Shown: positions 55,783 to 64,000 of the stretch, piece by piece | Layout: every line of letters starts with the position of its first letter | Position numbering within the stretch: the first letter of the stretch is position 1 | Source of the DNA: a bacterium | GTDB taxonomy: Bacteria > Patescibacteriota > Minisyncoccia > Phycocordibacterales > JAUSHB01 | Reading direction: 5' to 3' | DNA length: 64,000 nucleotides | NCBI GenBank assembly: GCA_030648955.1 | Contig: JAUSHB010000006.1 | Location: 11,866-75,865, forward strand | The notes under the pieces: model-generated | Database searches by the model: none | Told to the model about the DNA's origin: nothing | Seen by the model: the letters and a program-made list of their open reading frames with translations, nothing else | Translations under genes and position numbers: made by a program

Positions 55783-57238
55783 TGATTAAATTTCTTGCCG
55801 TATTTATTCCCAAGTCTGTGATTGCATATAGCCACGCCGCAACAACATCCACATTCATCTTCCATCGCCTTACGCTCCCTTCTAAAAATCCATATTTTTT
55901 TTCTTTAAGTGTTTGAAAATAGGGAAATATTTTATATCCAACGCCATTGATACTGTGAAAATACACAAAGTAATTAAGGCCCGCTTCAATACGAAATCCT
56001 TTTTTATAAAACCCCGGGAGATTGTGCCACACATCCTTCTTAAGGGCCCGCTCGCCGGAATTAAGGGCGAAGGGAAGAAATAATTTCTGCATGATATTAC
56101 TCCTAATCCCGATATTCATATCATATCGCCCATCGCTAACGGGGGTGACCATAGCATCAATGTGTTCTGGTATCAATCCACGTAAATCCGCATCGCAGAA
56201 AAAAATAATGTTTTCACGTGCTTGCTTGACGCCGCGATCCATCGAAAATGCTTTACCACAATTTTTCTCATTACGAAGATACACAACCGAAGGAAATGTT
56301 TTTGCTATATACTCTTCGGTTCCGTCGGTTGAGCCGTCATCAACAACAATCACCTCTGAAATCATTCGTGCACGGATAAGTGCCGAGAGTACATCCCCAA
56401 TACGCATCCGCTCATTATACGATGGAACAATCGCAGTTGCTTTTATACCTGTCATTATGTTTTGTGTATGTGTTTCACATTTTGAAGAAAGAAAAAACTC
56501 TCCAATACTATTATAGGTTGCATAATAATCATCTTCATGAAACACTCCGTGACCGCTATGTTCAAGAGTAATATTTTTTATCTTGTGAGAATTTACCTTG
56601 TGTTCTATGTTCCGTGCACTTTTCACGTGCGCAATCTTATCTCTTATTGTGAATATTGAAAGTAGTGGGCTCGTCACTCGTGATAAAGATAATGAAAGCT
56701 TCTTGTTCATCTCAACAAGAAGTTCGAGTCCATAGGAAGGCATCTGTGTATAATAAAAAGCTTCTGCTCGAGCAAGCTTTTCGCTCTTTGGTAATTTTTT
56801 TTCCCATATTTTTTTAAGACGCACCATATGGTACATACCAGGAATTGATAGGGGGAAGCGGAGTGTGTAAGGGGTTGCTGTTACAAATACTCCGGCAACT
56901 GGATATAAAGCAGCAAGGTAGAGAGCCACCTGACCTCCAAAACTATGCCCCCCGACGATGACACGTTTATAGCGCGTCAGTACATCCTTAAATTCTTTTT
57001 CAACAGCGGCAAGCAAATTCTCACAGGAGATTCCCTCTAAATCTTCTACAATTGTCCCATGACCTGGTAAAAGAGGGACGAGAACCGATACACCATACTC
57101 GGCATGAAGAAATTCTGGGAGACCGTTGAAGTCGGTAGGACTACCCGTATAGCCGTGTACAAGAAAAAATGCACACGATTGAGACTCCGCCTCAATGGCT
57201 ATTTTTTGAGGTCTCCAATGAGTCGCTTGTTGAACCAT
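55748..57238 (-). CDS. Fusion protein: N-terminal alpha/beta-hydrolase (esterase-like), C-terminal family-2 glycosyltransferase
   Basis: N-terminus HGYTGSP...GGHSFGG (GxSxG nucleophile elbow). C-terminus TAIVPSYNE...VVDDGSTDGT...CDADL (GT2 DxD region). Overlaps rnhB by 35 nt. Confidence 0.7.
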   Translation of the reverse strand: MVQQATHWRPQKIAIEAESQSCAFFLVHGYTGSPTDFNGLPEFLHAEYGVSVLVPLLPGHGTIVEDLEGISCENLLAAVEKEFKDVLTRYKRVIVGGHSFGGQVALYLAALYPVAGVFVTATPYTLRFPLSIPGMYHMVRLKKIWEKKLPKSEKLARAEAFYYTQMPSYGLELLVEMNKKLSLSLSRVTSPLLSIFTIRDKIAHVKSARNIEHKVNSHKIKNITLEHSGHGVFHEDDYYATYNSIGEFFLSSKCETHTQNIMTGIKATAIVPSYNERMRIGDVLSALIRARMISEVIVVDDGSTDGTEEYIAKTFPSVVYLRNEKNCGKAFSMDRGVKQARENIIFFCDADLRGLIPEHIDAMVTPVSDGRYDMNIGIRSNIMQKLFLPFALNSGERALKKDVWHNLPGFYKKGFRIEAGLNYFVYFHSINGVGYKIFPYFQTLKEKKYGFLEGSVRRWKMNVDVVAAWLYAITDLGINTARNLINGLHKRQNKVE

Positions 57239-57807
57239 AGTTGTATCATAAAGAAAGATAGTACAATGAGCAAGATAATACCGAGCGCAATAGTAATATT
57301 TTCAAAAATTTTTAAAAGATAAGTGAGTCCCTTTCCGGCAAGAAATCCAATGACAGTTACGACCGTGAGCCAAATAAAAGTAGCGACCATATTGTGCCGC
57401 ATAAATTCTTTTAGTGGAAGATTGATTTGACTCATATAGAGAAGGATTATGATACGTGTTCCGTAGAGAAATTTTGTGACTATAAGAGCGGATAGATGGC
57501 TCCCTTTGCTTATTTTGTTGAGCGACCCCGCAACAGCGTTTACCGTTGTCTGGGTATATCGATGTGTAATAAACCCGGAAAGAAATTTAGTTTTTCCTAA
57601 GGAAAACCATATAAAATCGGAAGTGACAGTTCCTGCATATGATGCAAAAAAAACTATGTGAATAGGCATAGCGCCTTGCGCGGAAAGCGCAGCAACAGAG
57701 ATAATGACCCACTCTCCTCCAAGCGCCGCTCCAAAAAATGGAATAACGTACGAAAGAGATGGGTAGGTAGTAAAGACAGTCTGTAGCCAATAAAACGAGT
57801 CGGGCAT
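57199..57807 (-). CDS. DedA/VTT-domain (SNARE-associated) membrane protein
   Basis: ...FLYGTRIIILLYMSQINLP... DedA-type core. 4-5 TM segments. Confidence 0.75.
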   Translation of the reverse strand: MPDSFYWLQTVFTTYPSLSYVIPFFGAALGGEWVIISVAALSAQGAMPIHIVFFASYAGTVTSDFIWFSLGKTKFLSGFITHRYTQTTVNAVAGSLNKISKGSHLSALIVTKFLYGTRIIILLYMSQINLPLKEFMRHNMVATFIWLTVVTVIGFLAGKGLTYLLKIFENITIALGIILLIVLSFFMIQLWFNKRLIGDLKK

Positions 57808-57881
57808 GTATATCGTGAGAATTTATTTTATTGTTATAAAAATGTGAGTGTATATTAGTAACCTGATTTTTTGTATTCGGC

Positions 57882-60800
57882 ATGATTATTATACCAATTT
57901 TTGATACAATGGGCTCACAATTTATGCCTTCACCATTTATCCACCTCCATACTCACTCCCACTACTCTCTCCTCGATGGGCTTTCAAAGATTGGAGATAT
58001 GGTGGCGCTTGCAAAGAAATATGACATGCCGGCGCTCGCGCTTACCGACCATGGCAATATGTACGGCGCAATCGAGTTTTATAAAACCTGCAAGTCGCAT
58101 GGCATAAAACCCATCATTGGGGTTGAAGCATATATTGCAAACGGTTCTCGTCATGACAAAACGCCCGGTGTCGATAGTGAGCGCTATCACCTCACACTCC
58201 TCGCAAAAAATGAGACTGGTTATAAAAACCTTATCAAGCTTGTCACACTCTCTCATCTTGAGGGGTACTACTACAAACCCCGGATGGATAAAGAAATACT
58301 GCAGAAATATTCGGAAGGACTAATCTGTCTTTCAGGATGTTTTGGGAGCGAGCTTTCAAAAGCGATCCGATCTAAAGACCTTGATCGCGCTGAAAAAGTT
58401 ATCAAAGAACATCAGGAAATTTTCGGCGAGGAAAATTACTTTTTGGAAATTATGTATCACCCCGGTGTGCCCGGCATCACCGAGGTACGTGATGAAATAA
58501 TCCGTCTTGGAAAGAAATTTAAAGTTCCTCTTGTGGGAACACAGGACTCACATTATCTTCATTCCGACGACAAGCAGGCGCATGAAACACTTCTTGCAAT
58601 TCAAACCAACGCTGACTTGAACGATGAAAATCGTTTCTCTATGGCAAGTGAGGATTTTACGTTCATTGATACAAAAACGGCACAGAAATATTTCAAAGAT
58701 ATTCCTGAAGCCGTCGAGAACACAATGAAGATTGCAAATATGTGCGATATAAAACTTTCCTTGGGACATTGGGTATTTCCCAACGTGGAGCTTCTCACGG
58801 GTGTGACCTATGAAGAAGAATTACGTAGGCTTACTTTTGAGGGCATTGCCATGCGCGAACTTTCAAAAACAAAAGAAGTTACTGACCGGATTGAGTACGA
58901 ACTCGGGATCATCAACAACAAGGGATATGCTCCTTATTTTCTTGCTGTATTTGACCTAATCCACTTTGCACGTGAGCACAATATTCTCACTGCCATTCGC
59001 GGATCTGTTGCTGGTTCTCTGGTTACATACCTTTTGGGAATTACCAACGTGAATCCTCTTGAATACAAACTCCCCTTCGAACGATTTCTTAATCCTGAAC
59101 GCCCATCAGCGCCGGATATCGATATGGACTTTGCCGATAACCGCCGCGATGAAATGATTGAATATGCAAAAAAGAAATATGGTGCTGATCGTGTCGCACA
59201 AATCGGAACATTCGGCACGATGATGGCACGCGGGGCGGTGCGTGATGTCGCGCGTGCGTTGGGTAAACCATATATTACAGGAGACAAGATCTCAAAACTT
59301 ATTCCCATAGGCAGTCAGGGATTCCCTATGACCATTGATCACGCAATGAAGGTCACTCCAGAACTCAAAGATATGTATAAGAAGGATGAGGAAGTGAAGG
59401 AAATCATTGACTTGGCAAAAAAACTTGAAGGATGCGTGCGGCATATTTCAGTTCATGCCGCAGGAGTCGTGATCGCTCCCGCTCCTCTTTCAGAATATGT
59501 GCCGACCCAATTTGACCCTAAGGGAGGAAAGATCATCACACAATACGACATGCACGCGATTGAAGACGCGGGACTTCTTAAGTTCGATTTTTTGGGAATT
59601 AAAAATCTTGCGATCTTGGGTGACGCCGTCCGACTCGTAAAAAAATTCCGCAACATAGATATTAATATTGAAAAAATCCGCACGGATGACAAGAAAACGT
59701 TTGAAATGCTCGCGCGGGGAGAAACTATGGGGCTGTTTCAGTTGAACGGTTCCGGCATGACACACTATCTAAAAGATCTTCGCCCGACGAGCATTCACGA
59801 TATCAACGCCATGGTAGCCCTCTACCGCCCAGGTCCCATGGAATCCATCCCCGAATATATCCGCCGCAAACACGACACAACGCTCGTGAGCTATCTTGAT
59901 CCGCGCATGAAAGAAATTCTCACCCAGTCATATGGTGTGATTACCTATCAAGACGACGTCATGCTTATCGCTATCAAGCTCGGCGGATATTCGTGGCTTG
60001 AAGCAGACAAACTGCGCAAAGCGATGGGTAAAAAAATTCCCGCGGTCATGCAGGCAGAAAAAGCAAAGCTCATCGAAGGATTGGCAACCAATGGAATGGC
60101 ACCCAAGAAATCCGAAGAGCTCTGGAAACTTATCGAACCATTTGCAGCGTATGGATTCAATAAAGCGCATGCAGCAAGTTATGGATTGGTCGCGTATCAG
60201 ACCGCCTACATGAAAGCAAACTTCCCCATTGATTACATGACCGCGGTGCTTACGGCTGATGCGGGAGATGTGGAAAAAATTGCAGAGATCATCACGGAAT
60301 GCAAACGAATGAAGATTGAAGTGCTTCCACCTGATGTGAATGAAAGTTTTGGAGATTTTACCGTGGTTCTGCCAAAACAAAAAGATGAACAGGAAAAGAT
60401 CCGATTTGGTCTGTTTACCATCAAAAACCTCGGCACAGATATCGCTCAGGCGATCATTGACGAGCGCGAAGAGCATGGGAAGTTTTTATCGTTTTCAAAT
60501 TTTCTCAGTCGCATTACGCACAAAAATCTCAATAAGAAGTCGCTTGAATCGCTCGTGAAGAGCGGAGCCCTTGATGCGTTTGGCGAGCGAGGAGCGCTCC
60601 TCGGTAATACCGAAGAAGCGCTCCTCTACAACCGTGAACAATCAAAAGGACCGACACAACAAAATTCATTGTTCGGAGCACTCGGTGGGGCAAACACACT
60701 TTCAGAACTCACTTTGAAACATTCAGAGCCCGCAAATAAATCCGACAAACTCTCGTGGGAAAAAGAACTTTTGGGGCTGTATGTGTCTGGACACCCACTT

Positions 60801-61112
60801 GATGAACATCGTGAAAAACTCGAGAAGCGCGAAATGACCATCGCACGAATCAAAAGTTTGGCTGCCGAGCTTGCGGTCGTTGCGGCGGGAATTGTTGAAG
60901 AAGTAAAACCGGTGGTCACCAAAAAGGGCGATTCAATGGCATTCGTTAAAATTGCCGATTTCTCGGGAATGATCGAAGTCGTCATTTTCCCAAAAATATT
61001 TACAGAATTTAAAAATATATTGGTGAAAGAAAAATGCATCGCGATCAAAGGAAGAACCTCCGAGCGAAACGGCGAAAAAAGCATCATCGCGGAGAAGATT
61101 AAAATTCTCTAA
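57882..61112 (+). CDS. dnaE: DNA polymerase III alpha subunit (DnaE type)
   Basis: PHP domain HLHTHSHYSLLDG...LTDHGNMYGA. Polymerase core. C-terminal OB fold. Confidence 0.9.
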   Translation: MIIIPIFDTMGSQFMPSPFIHLHTHSHYSLLDGLSKIGDMVALAKKYDMPALALTDHGNMYGAIEFYKTCKSHGIKPIIGVEAYIANGSRHDKTPGVDSERYHLTLLAKNETGYKNLIKLVTLSHLEGYYYKPRMDKEILQKYSEGLICLSGCFGSELSKAIRSKDLDRAEKVIKEHQEIFGEENYFLEIMYHPGVPGITEVRDEIIRLGKKFKVPLVGTQDSHYLHSDDKQAHETLLAIQTNADLNDENRFSMASEDFTFIDTKTAQKYFKDIPEAVENTMKIANMCDIKLSLGHWVFPNVELLTGVTYEEELRRLTFEGIAMRELSKTKEVTDRIEYELGIINNKGYAPYFLAVFDLIHFAREHNILTAIRGSVAGSLVTYLLGITNVNPLEYKLPFERFLNPERPSAPDIDMDFADNRRDEMIEYAKKKYGADRVAQIGTFGTMMARGAVRDVARALGKPYITGDKISKLIPIGSQGFPMTIDHAMKVTPELKDMYKKDEEVKEIIDLAKKLEGCVRHISVHAAGVVIAPAPLSEYVPTQFDPKGGKIITQYDMHAIEDAGLLKFDFLGIKNLAILGDAVRLVKKFRNIDINIEKIRTDDKKTFEMLARGETMGLFQLNGSGMTHYLKDLRPTSIHDINAMVALYRPGPMESIPEYIRRKHDTTLVSYLDPRMKEILTQSYGVITYQDDVMLIAIKLGGYSWLEADKLRKAMGKKIPAVMQAEKAKLIEGLATNGMAPKKSEELWKLIEPFAAYGFNKAHAASYGLVAYQTAYMKANFPIDYMTAVLTADAGDVEKIAEIITECKRMKIEVLPPDVNESFGDFTVVLPKQKDEQEKIRFGLFTIKNLGTDIAQAIIDEREEHGKFLSFSNFLSRITHKNLNKKSLESLVKSGALDAFGERGALLGNTEEALLYNREQSKGPTQQNSLFGALGGANTLSELTLKHSEPANKSDKLSWEKELLGLYVSGHPLDEHREKLEKREMTIARIKSLAAELAVVAAGIVEEVKPVVTKKGDSMAFVKIADFSGMIEVVIFPKIFTEFKNILVKEKCIAIKGRTSERNGEKSIIAEKIKIL

Positions 61113-61150
61113 ATACCACTGAACTTGATTTTAAAATTGTTATAAACTTC

Positions 61151-61184
61151 AAGTCATGACTTGAAGTTTATAATAGTTATCATT
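61151..61184. repeat. Perfect 34-bp AT-rich palindrome downstream of dnaE (terminator-like hairpin or protein-binding site)
   Basis: ttataaacttcaagtca|tgacttgaagtttataa. Confidence 0.8.
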
Positions 61185-61318
61185 GGGTGTTGTTATGGAA
61201 AAAGTGAAGGAGTTGTATATGGTGGGTAGTTTACGGCTTATAATTGGTGACTCAAAGAACTTGACAGAGGTGATACACTTTTGGTACACTCTAGATATAT
61301 AAGAACTAAATAAAAAAC

Positions 61319-61540
61319 ATGTCTACTACCAAAAAACGCATCAACATCAGTATGGAACGCGAGCTTGAAGAGATGCTCTCTCGTATCGCCAAGCGCGACC
61401 GTGTTCCGCAAGCAACTAAAGCAACAGAGCTTCTTCGTATCGCCCTTGAGATTGAGGAAGATCAAGTCTGGGCCGAAGTCGCCCAAAAACGTGACAAAAA
61501 AGGAGCGCGCCTTGTATCACATAAAAAGGCATGGGCATAA
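61319..61540 (+). CDS. Ribbon-helix-helix (CopG/ParD-like) antitoxin
   Basis: KKRINISMERELEEMLSRIAKRDRVPQATKATELLRIAL is an RHH fold signature. Overlaps the toxin start. Confidence 0.7.
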   Translation: MSTTKKRINISMERELEEMLSRIAKRDRVPQATKATELLRIALEIEEDQVWAEVAQKRDKKGARLVSHKKAWA

Positions 61541-61815
61541 CGTACAGGATTGTCTACCATAAGCAGGTTATAACGCACGACATTCCCCTACTCTCCAAAG
61601 AATGGCGAGGCAAGATCAAAAGCGCTATTGAAAACAAACTTGTTTCCCACCCCGAAATATTTGGTATACCGCTCCGCAACACGCTTAAGAACTATCGTAA
61701 GCTCCGTGTCGGCAATTATAGAATTATCTTTCGCATTGAATCAAAGACCGTACTAATCTTTGTCATTAGTCATCGCTCGAATGTGTATCTTTTGTCAAAT
61801 AAAAGAACGACATAG
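61531..61815 (+). CDS. RelE/ParE-family type II toxin
   Basis: ...YRKLRVGNYRIIFRIESKTVLIFVISHRSNVY. Confidence 0.75.
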   Translation: MGITYRIVYHKQVITHDIPLLSKEWRGKIKSAIENKLVSHPEIFGIPLRNTLKNYRKLRVGNYRIIFRIESKTVLIFVISHRSNVYLLSNKRTT

Positions 61816-61934
61816 ACTGATAATCCTTCATACGCCGTTTCCCCCGCTCACCTCAAATCCTACTTCACGCCGTTTGCGGCGAGATTAATGACCAATAGTT
61901 AATATACGGAGGTCGGACCTCCGTAGTCCTAAAG

Positions 61935-61962
61935 AAAAGCCAACCGTTACTGGTTGGCTTTT
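61935..61962. terminator. Bidirectional intrinsic terminator
   Basis: aaaagccaacc-gttac-tggttggctttt. A second small hairpin cggaggtc-g-gacctccg at 61907-61923. Confidence 0.7.
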
Positions 61963-61998
61963 AGCGTGAAGTGCTTGTGAAAACAGGGTCATCAACTT

Positions 61999-62409
61999 CT
62001 ACGATCGGATCATCAAGGAAATTTTGTGTGCATACTCCTGATATCTAACGTCAAAATGTATTCTGAGTATTGTCATTTTAAATGACACATATTTATTGAC
62101 ATTCTGTACACGAAAGTTACCTTCTTCTACATCACCCGGTATACGGAACATAGTGAGACGAAGCTCACCAAATTCGTCTTCCCCATATATGTCCACGTCA
62201 CTGTCACAAGCATCAAGGGAAATCAGTCTTGAGCCATCCGTTAACTCAGGCACTTCATACTCGTTCCCCTCAACTAGAATCCGGAGAACGTCTCCTGATG
62301 TATAACGATATTTCTTTCTTCTGGCGCAGTCCTTCTTGAATCTCGTGCGAATTTGTTGAGCAAGACATTCTAAATCTGGTTCTAACAATTCTGGTTTTAA
62401 CGATGCCAT
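61999..62409 (-). CDS. Hypothetical protein (136 aa)
   Basis: ORF with no recognisable motif. Strong terminator downstream. Confidence 0.5.
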   Translation of the reverse strand: MASLKPELLEPDLECLAQQIRTRFKKDCARRKKYRYTSGDVLRILVEGNEYEVPELTDGSRLISLDACDSDVDIYGEDEFGELRLTMFRIPGDVEEGNFRVQNVNKYVSFKMTILRIHFDVRYQEYAHKISLMIRS

Positions 62410-62528
62410 ATATAACCTCCTATTAATCAGATATGGATTTGGCGCACTAAACTCTTTCTTTAGATTACACTAAATTAGCGTTTTGTCAAGTATTTCAGAA
62501 ATGGCCTTTATTTGCTATGATGTTTTGC

Positions 62529-64000
62529 ATGGATTCAGATAATCTCTCAAATATCCGCCACTCACTCTCACATCTTCTTGCAACGGTGGTGCGCGAAAAA
62601 GACCCCGGAGTAAAGCTTGCCATTGGCCCCGTTATTGAGAACGGCTTTTATTATGACTTTGAATTCTCGGGAGACTACTCCCCCACTCCGGAAGATTTGA
62701 AGAGTTTTCAAAAGGCAATGAAGAAGCTTGCGGGAAGGAACCTTCCGTTTCAAGGCAAAGAAGTGACTGCGGATGAAGCGCGCAAACTTTTCTCGAATGA
62801 GCCTTACAAGCTCGAGCTTATTGAAGAATTTGAAAAAGACGGTCGTAAACTTACCGTATATGAAACAGGTAATTTCATTGATCTTTGCAAAGGCGGACAT
62901 ATAGAGAACACGAAAGAAATCGACACCGATGGGTTTAAAATCACCCATATTGCCGGAGCATATTGGCGCGGAGATGAGAAAAATAAAATGCTTACGCGTA
63001 TTTACGGACTCGCATTTGAAAACAAAGAAGCGCTGGATACGTATCTAAAAAATCAGGAAGAAGCAAAAAAACGCGATCATCGAAAACTCGGCAAAGATTT
63101 GGAAATTTTTACGATCATTGACGATGTTGGTCCGGGACTTCCGCTTTTTTATCCGAATGGCGCGATCCTCCGTCGCCTTGTTGAACGTTATATCGAAGAA
63201 GAACAAGAAAAGCGAGGTTACCAGCCGATTTGGATTCCCCACATCACAAAAGGAAATCTCTATAAGACTTCCGGTCACCTCGACAAATATGACGCAATGT
63301 ACCCGCCAATGAACATTGACGAGCATGATTACTACATCAAACCCATGAATTGTCCGCATTTCATGATGCTCTATAAAACGAAGCAACACTCATATCGCGA
63401 TCTTCCGCTCCGTTACACTTCAACTACTACCAACTATCGCTATGAGAAATCGGGGGAGCTTTCCGGCCTCACACGCGTACGCTCACTTACGCAAGACGAT
63501 TGTCATGTGTTTTGTGAACCATTGCAGATTGAAGATGAAATTAAGTTGATGCTTGAAATGATTGGGCAGGTCTATAAAAAATTCGAACTCAATGATTTTT
63601 CTGTCCGCATTTCACTCCGTGATCCAAAAAACAAAGAAAAGTATCTGGGAAGCGATGAGGTGTGGGAGAAAGCGGAGAGCGCGCTCAAAAATGTTGTGAA
63701 GACAACGGGATGGAAACATGAAGAGGAAGAGGGTGAAGCGGCATTTTACGGACCCAAACTTGATTTCGTATTTAAAGATGTTTTAGGAAGGGATTGGCAA
63801 CTCTCCACCATTCAGCTTGATTGGAATCTCCCGGAGAGATTTGAACTTGAATATATAGATAACGAAGGAAAACAATCACGCCCCGTCGTGATCCATCGTG
63901 CGATCTTGGGTTCAACGGAGCGATTTTTAGGAATTATGATTGAGCATTACGGCGGAGCATTCCCCGTATGGCTCTCCCCTGTTCAAGCACTCATTCTCCC
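62529..64000 (+). CDS. thrS: Threonyl-tRNA synthetase, partial (runs off window); apparently lacks the N-terminal TGS domain
   Basis: Starts MDSDNLSNIRHSLSHLLA (editing-domain HxxxH). Class II motifs ...RYEKSGELSGLTRVRSLTQDDCHVF... No stop before 64000. Confidence 0.9.
   Translation, partial: MDSDNLSNIRHSLSHLLATVVREKDPGVKLAIGPVIENGFYYDFEFSGDYSPTPEDLKSFQKAMKKLAGRNLPFQGKEVTADEARKLFSNEPYKLELIEEFEKDGRKLTVYETGNFIDLCKGGHIENTKEIDTDGFKITHIAGAYWRGDEKNKMLTRIYGLAFENKEALDTYLKNQEEAKKRDHRKLGKDLEIFTIIDDVGPGLPLFYPNGAILRRLVERYIEEEQEKRGYQPIWIPHITKGNLYKTSGHLDKYDAMYPPMNIDEHDYYIKPMNCPHFMMLYKTKQHSYRDLPLRYTSTTTNYRYEKSGELSGLTRVRSLTQDDCHVFCEPLQIEDEIKLMLEMIGQVYKKFELNDFSVRISLRDPKNKEKYLGSDEVWEKAESALKNVVKTTGWKHEEEEGEAAFYGPKLDFVFKDVLGRDWQLSTIQLDWNLPERFELEYIDNEGKQSRPVVIHRAILGSTERFLGIMIEHYGGAFPVWLSPVQALIL

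Noticed and set aside
62568-63389. Minus-strand ORFs 62568-62948 and 63045-63389
   Set aside because: They lie entirely inside thrS on the opposite strand and have no motifs.

Overview
AT-rich 64-kb bacterial chromosomal window. Gene content suggests a small-genome, monoderm-type organism, possibly Patescibacteria/CPR-like; this is an inference only. Most genes are on the minus strand. Order from left to right: (1) A type IV pilus (T4P) biogenesis locus: partial membrane protein, 1.3-kaa secreted surface protein, two minor pilins, PilC, PilB, a divergent PilD-like membrane protein and a major pilin. (2) Immediately upstream and co-directional, a tightly coupled signalling cluster: PBP-like binding protein, dCache-GAF sensor, FNR-like flavoreductase-PAS-PAS sensor, dCache-HAMP-PAS histidine kinase and two stand-alone receiver proteins. 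(3) A second plus-strand pilus block: PilM-PilN fusion, PilO-like protein, LytR_C-domain membrane protein and a GspG-like pilin. (4) ZnuABC-type metal ABC transporter, EngB and a DsbA-like oxidoreductase. (5) A SUF Fe-S operon (sufB-sufS-sufU-sufC-sufT-like) with no sufD. (6) A co-directional transcription/replication array rpoB-rpoC-dnaG-rpoD. (7) trmD. Next to it lies a broken rpsP-KH-(rimM)-trmD ribosomal operon, interrupted by an antisense pilin gene. (8) Small membrane proteins and a ClpP-family protease. (9) rnr and smc converge on an about 1.6-kb zone carrying a RelE fragment, a complete antitoxin/RelE module and a hypothetical gene. This zone is flanked by duplicated 3' ends of rnr and of smc that differ only at synonymous sites. 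(10) rnc, a NusB-Nudix fusion, rpmF, a DUF177-like protein, rnhB, an alpha/beta-hydrolase-GT2 fusion, DedA and dnaE. (11) A third RHH/RelE toxin-antitoxin pair, a hypothetical gene, and the 5' part of thrS running off the window. No rRNA, tRNA or CRISPR array could be supported. The most unusual item is the signalling cluster. Two kinase-less sensor proteins end in a conserved about 25-aa helix that looks like a histidine-kinase H-box with Arg in place of the phospho-His. They sit directly upstream of a bona fide kinase and two CheY-like regulators, beside the pilus genes.
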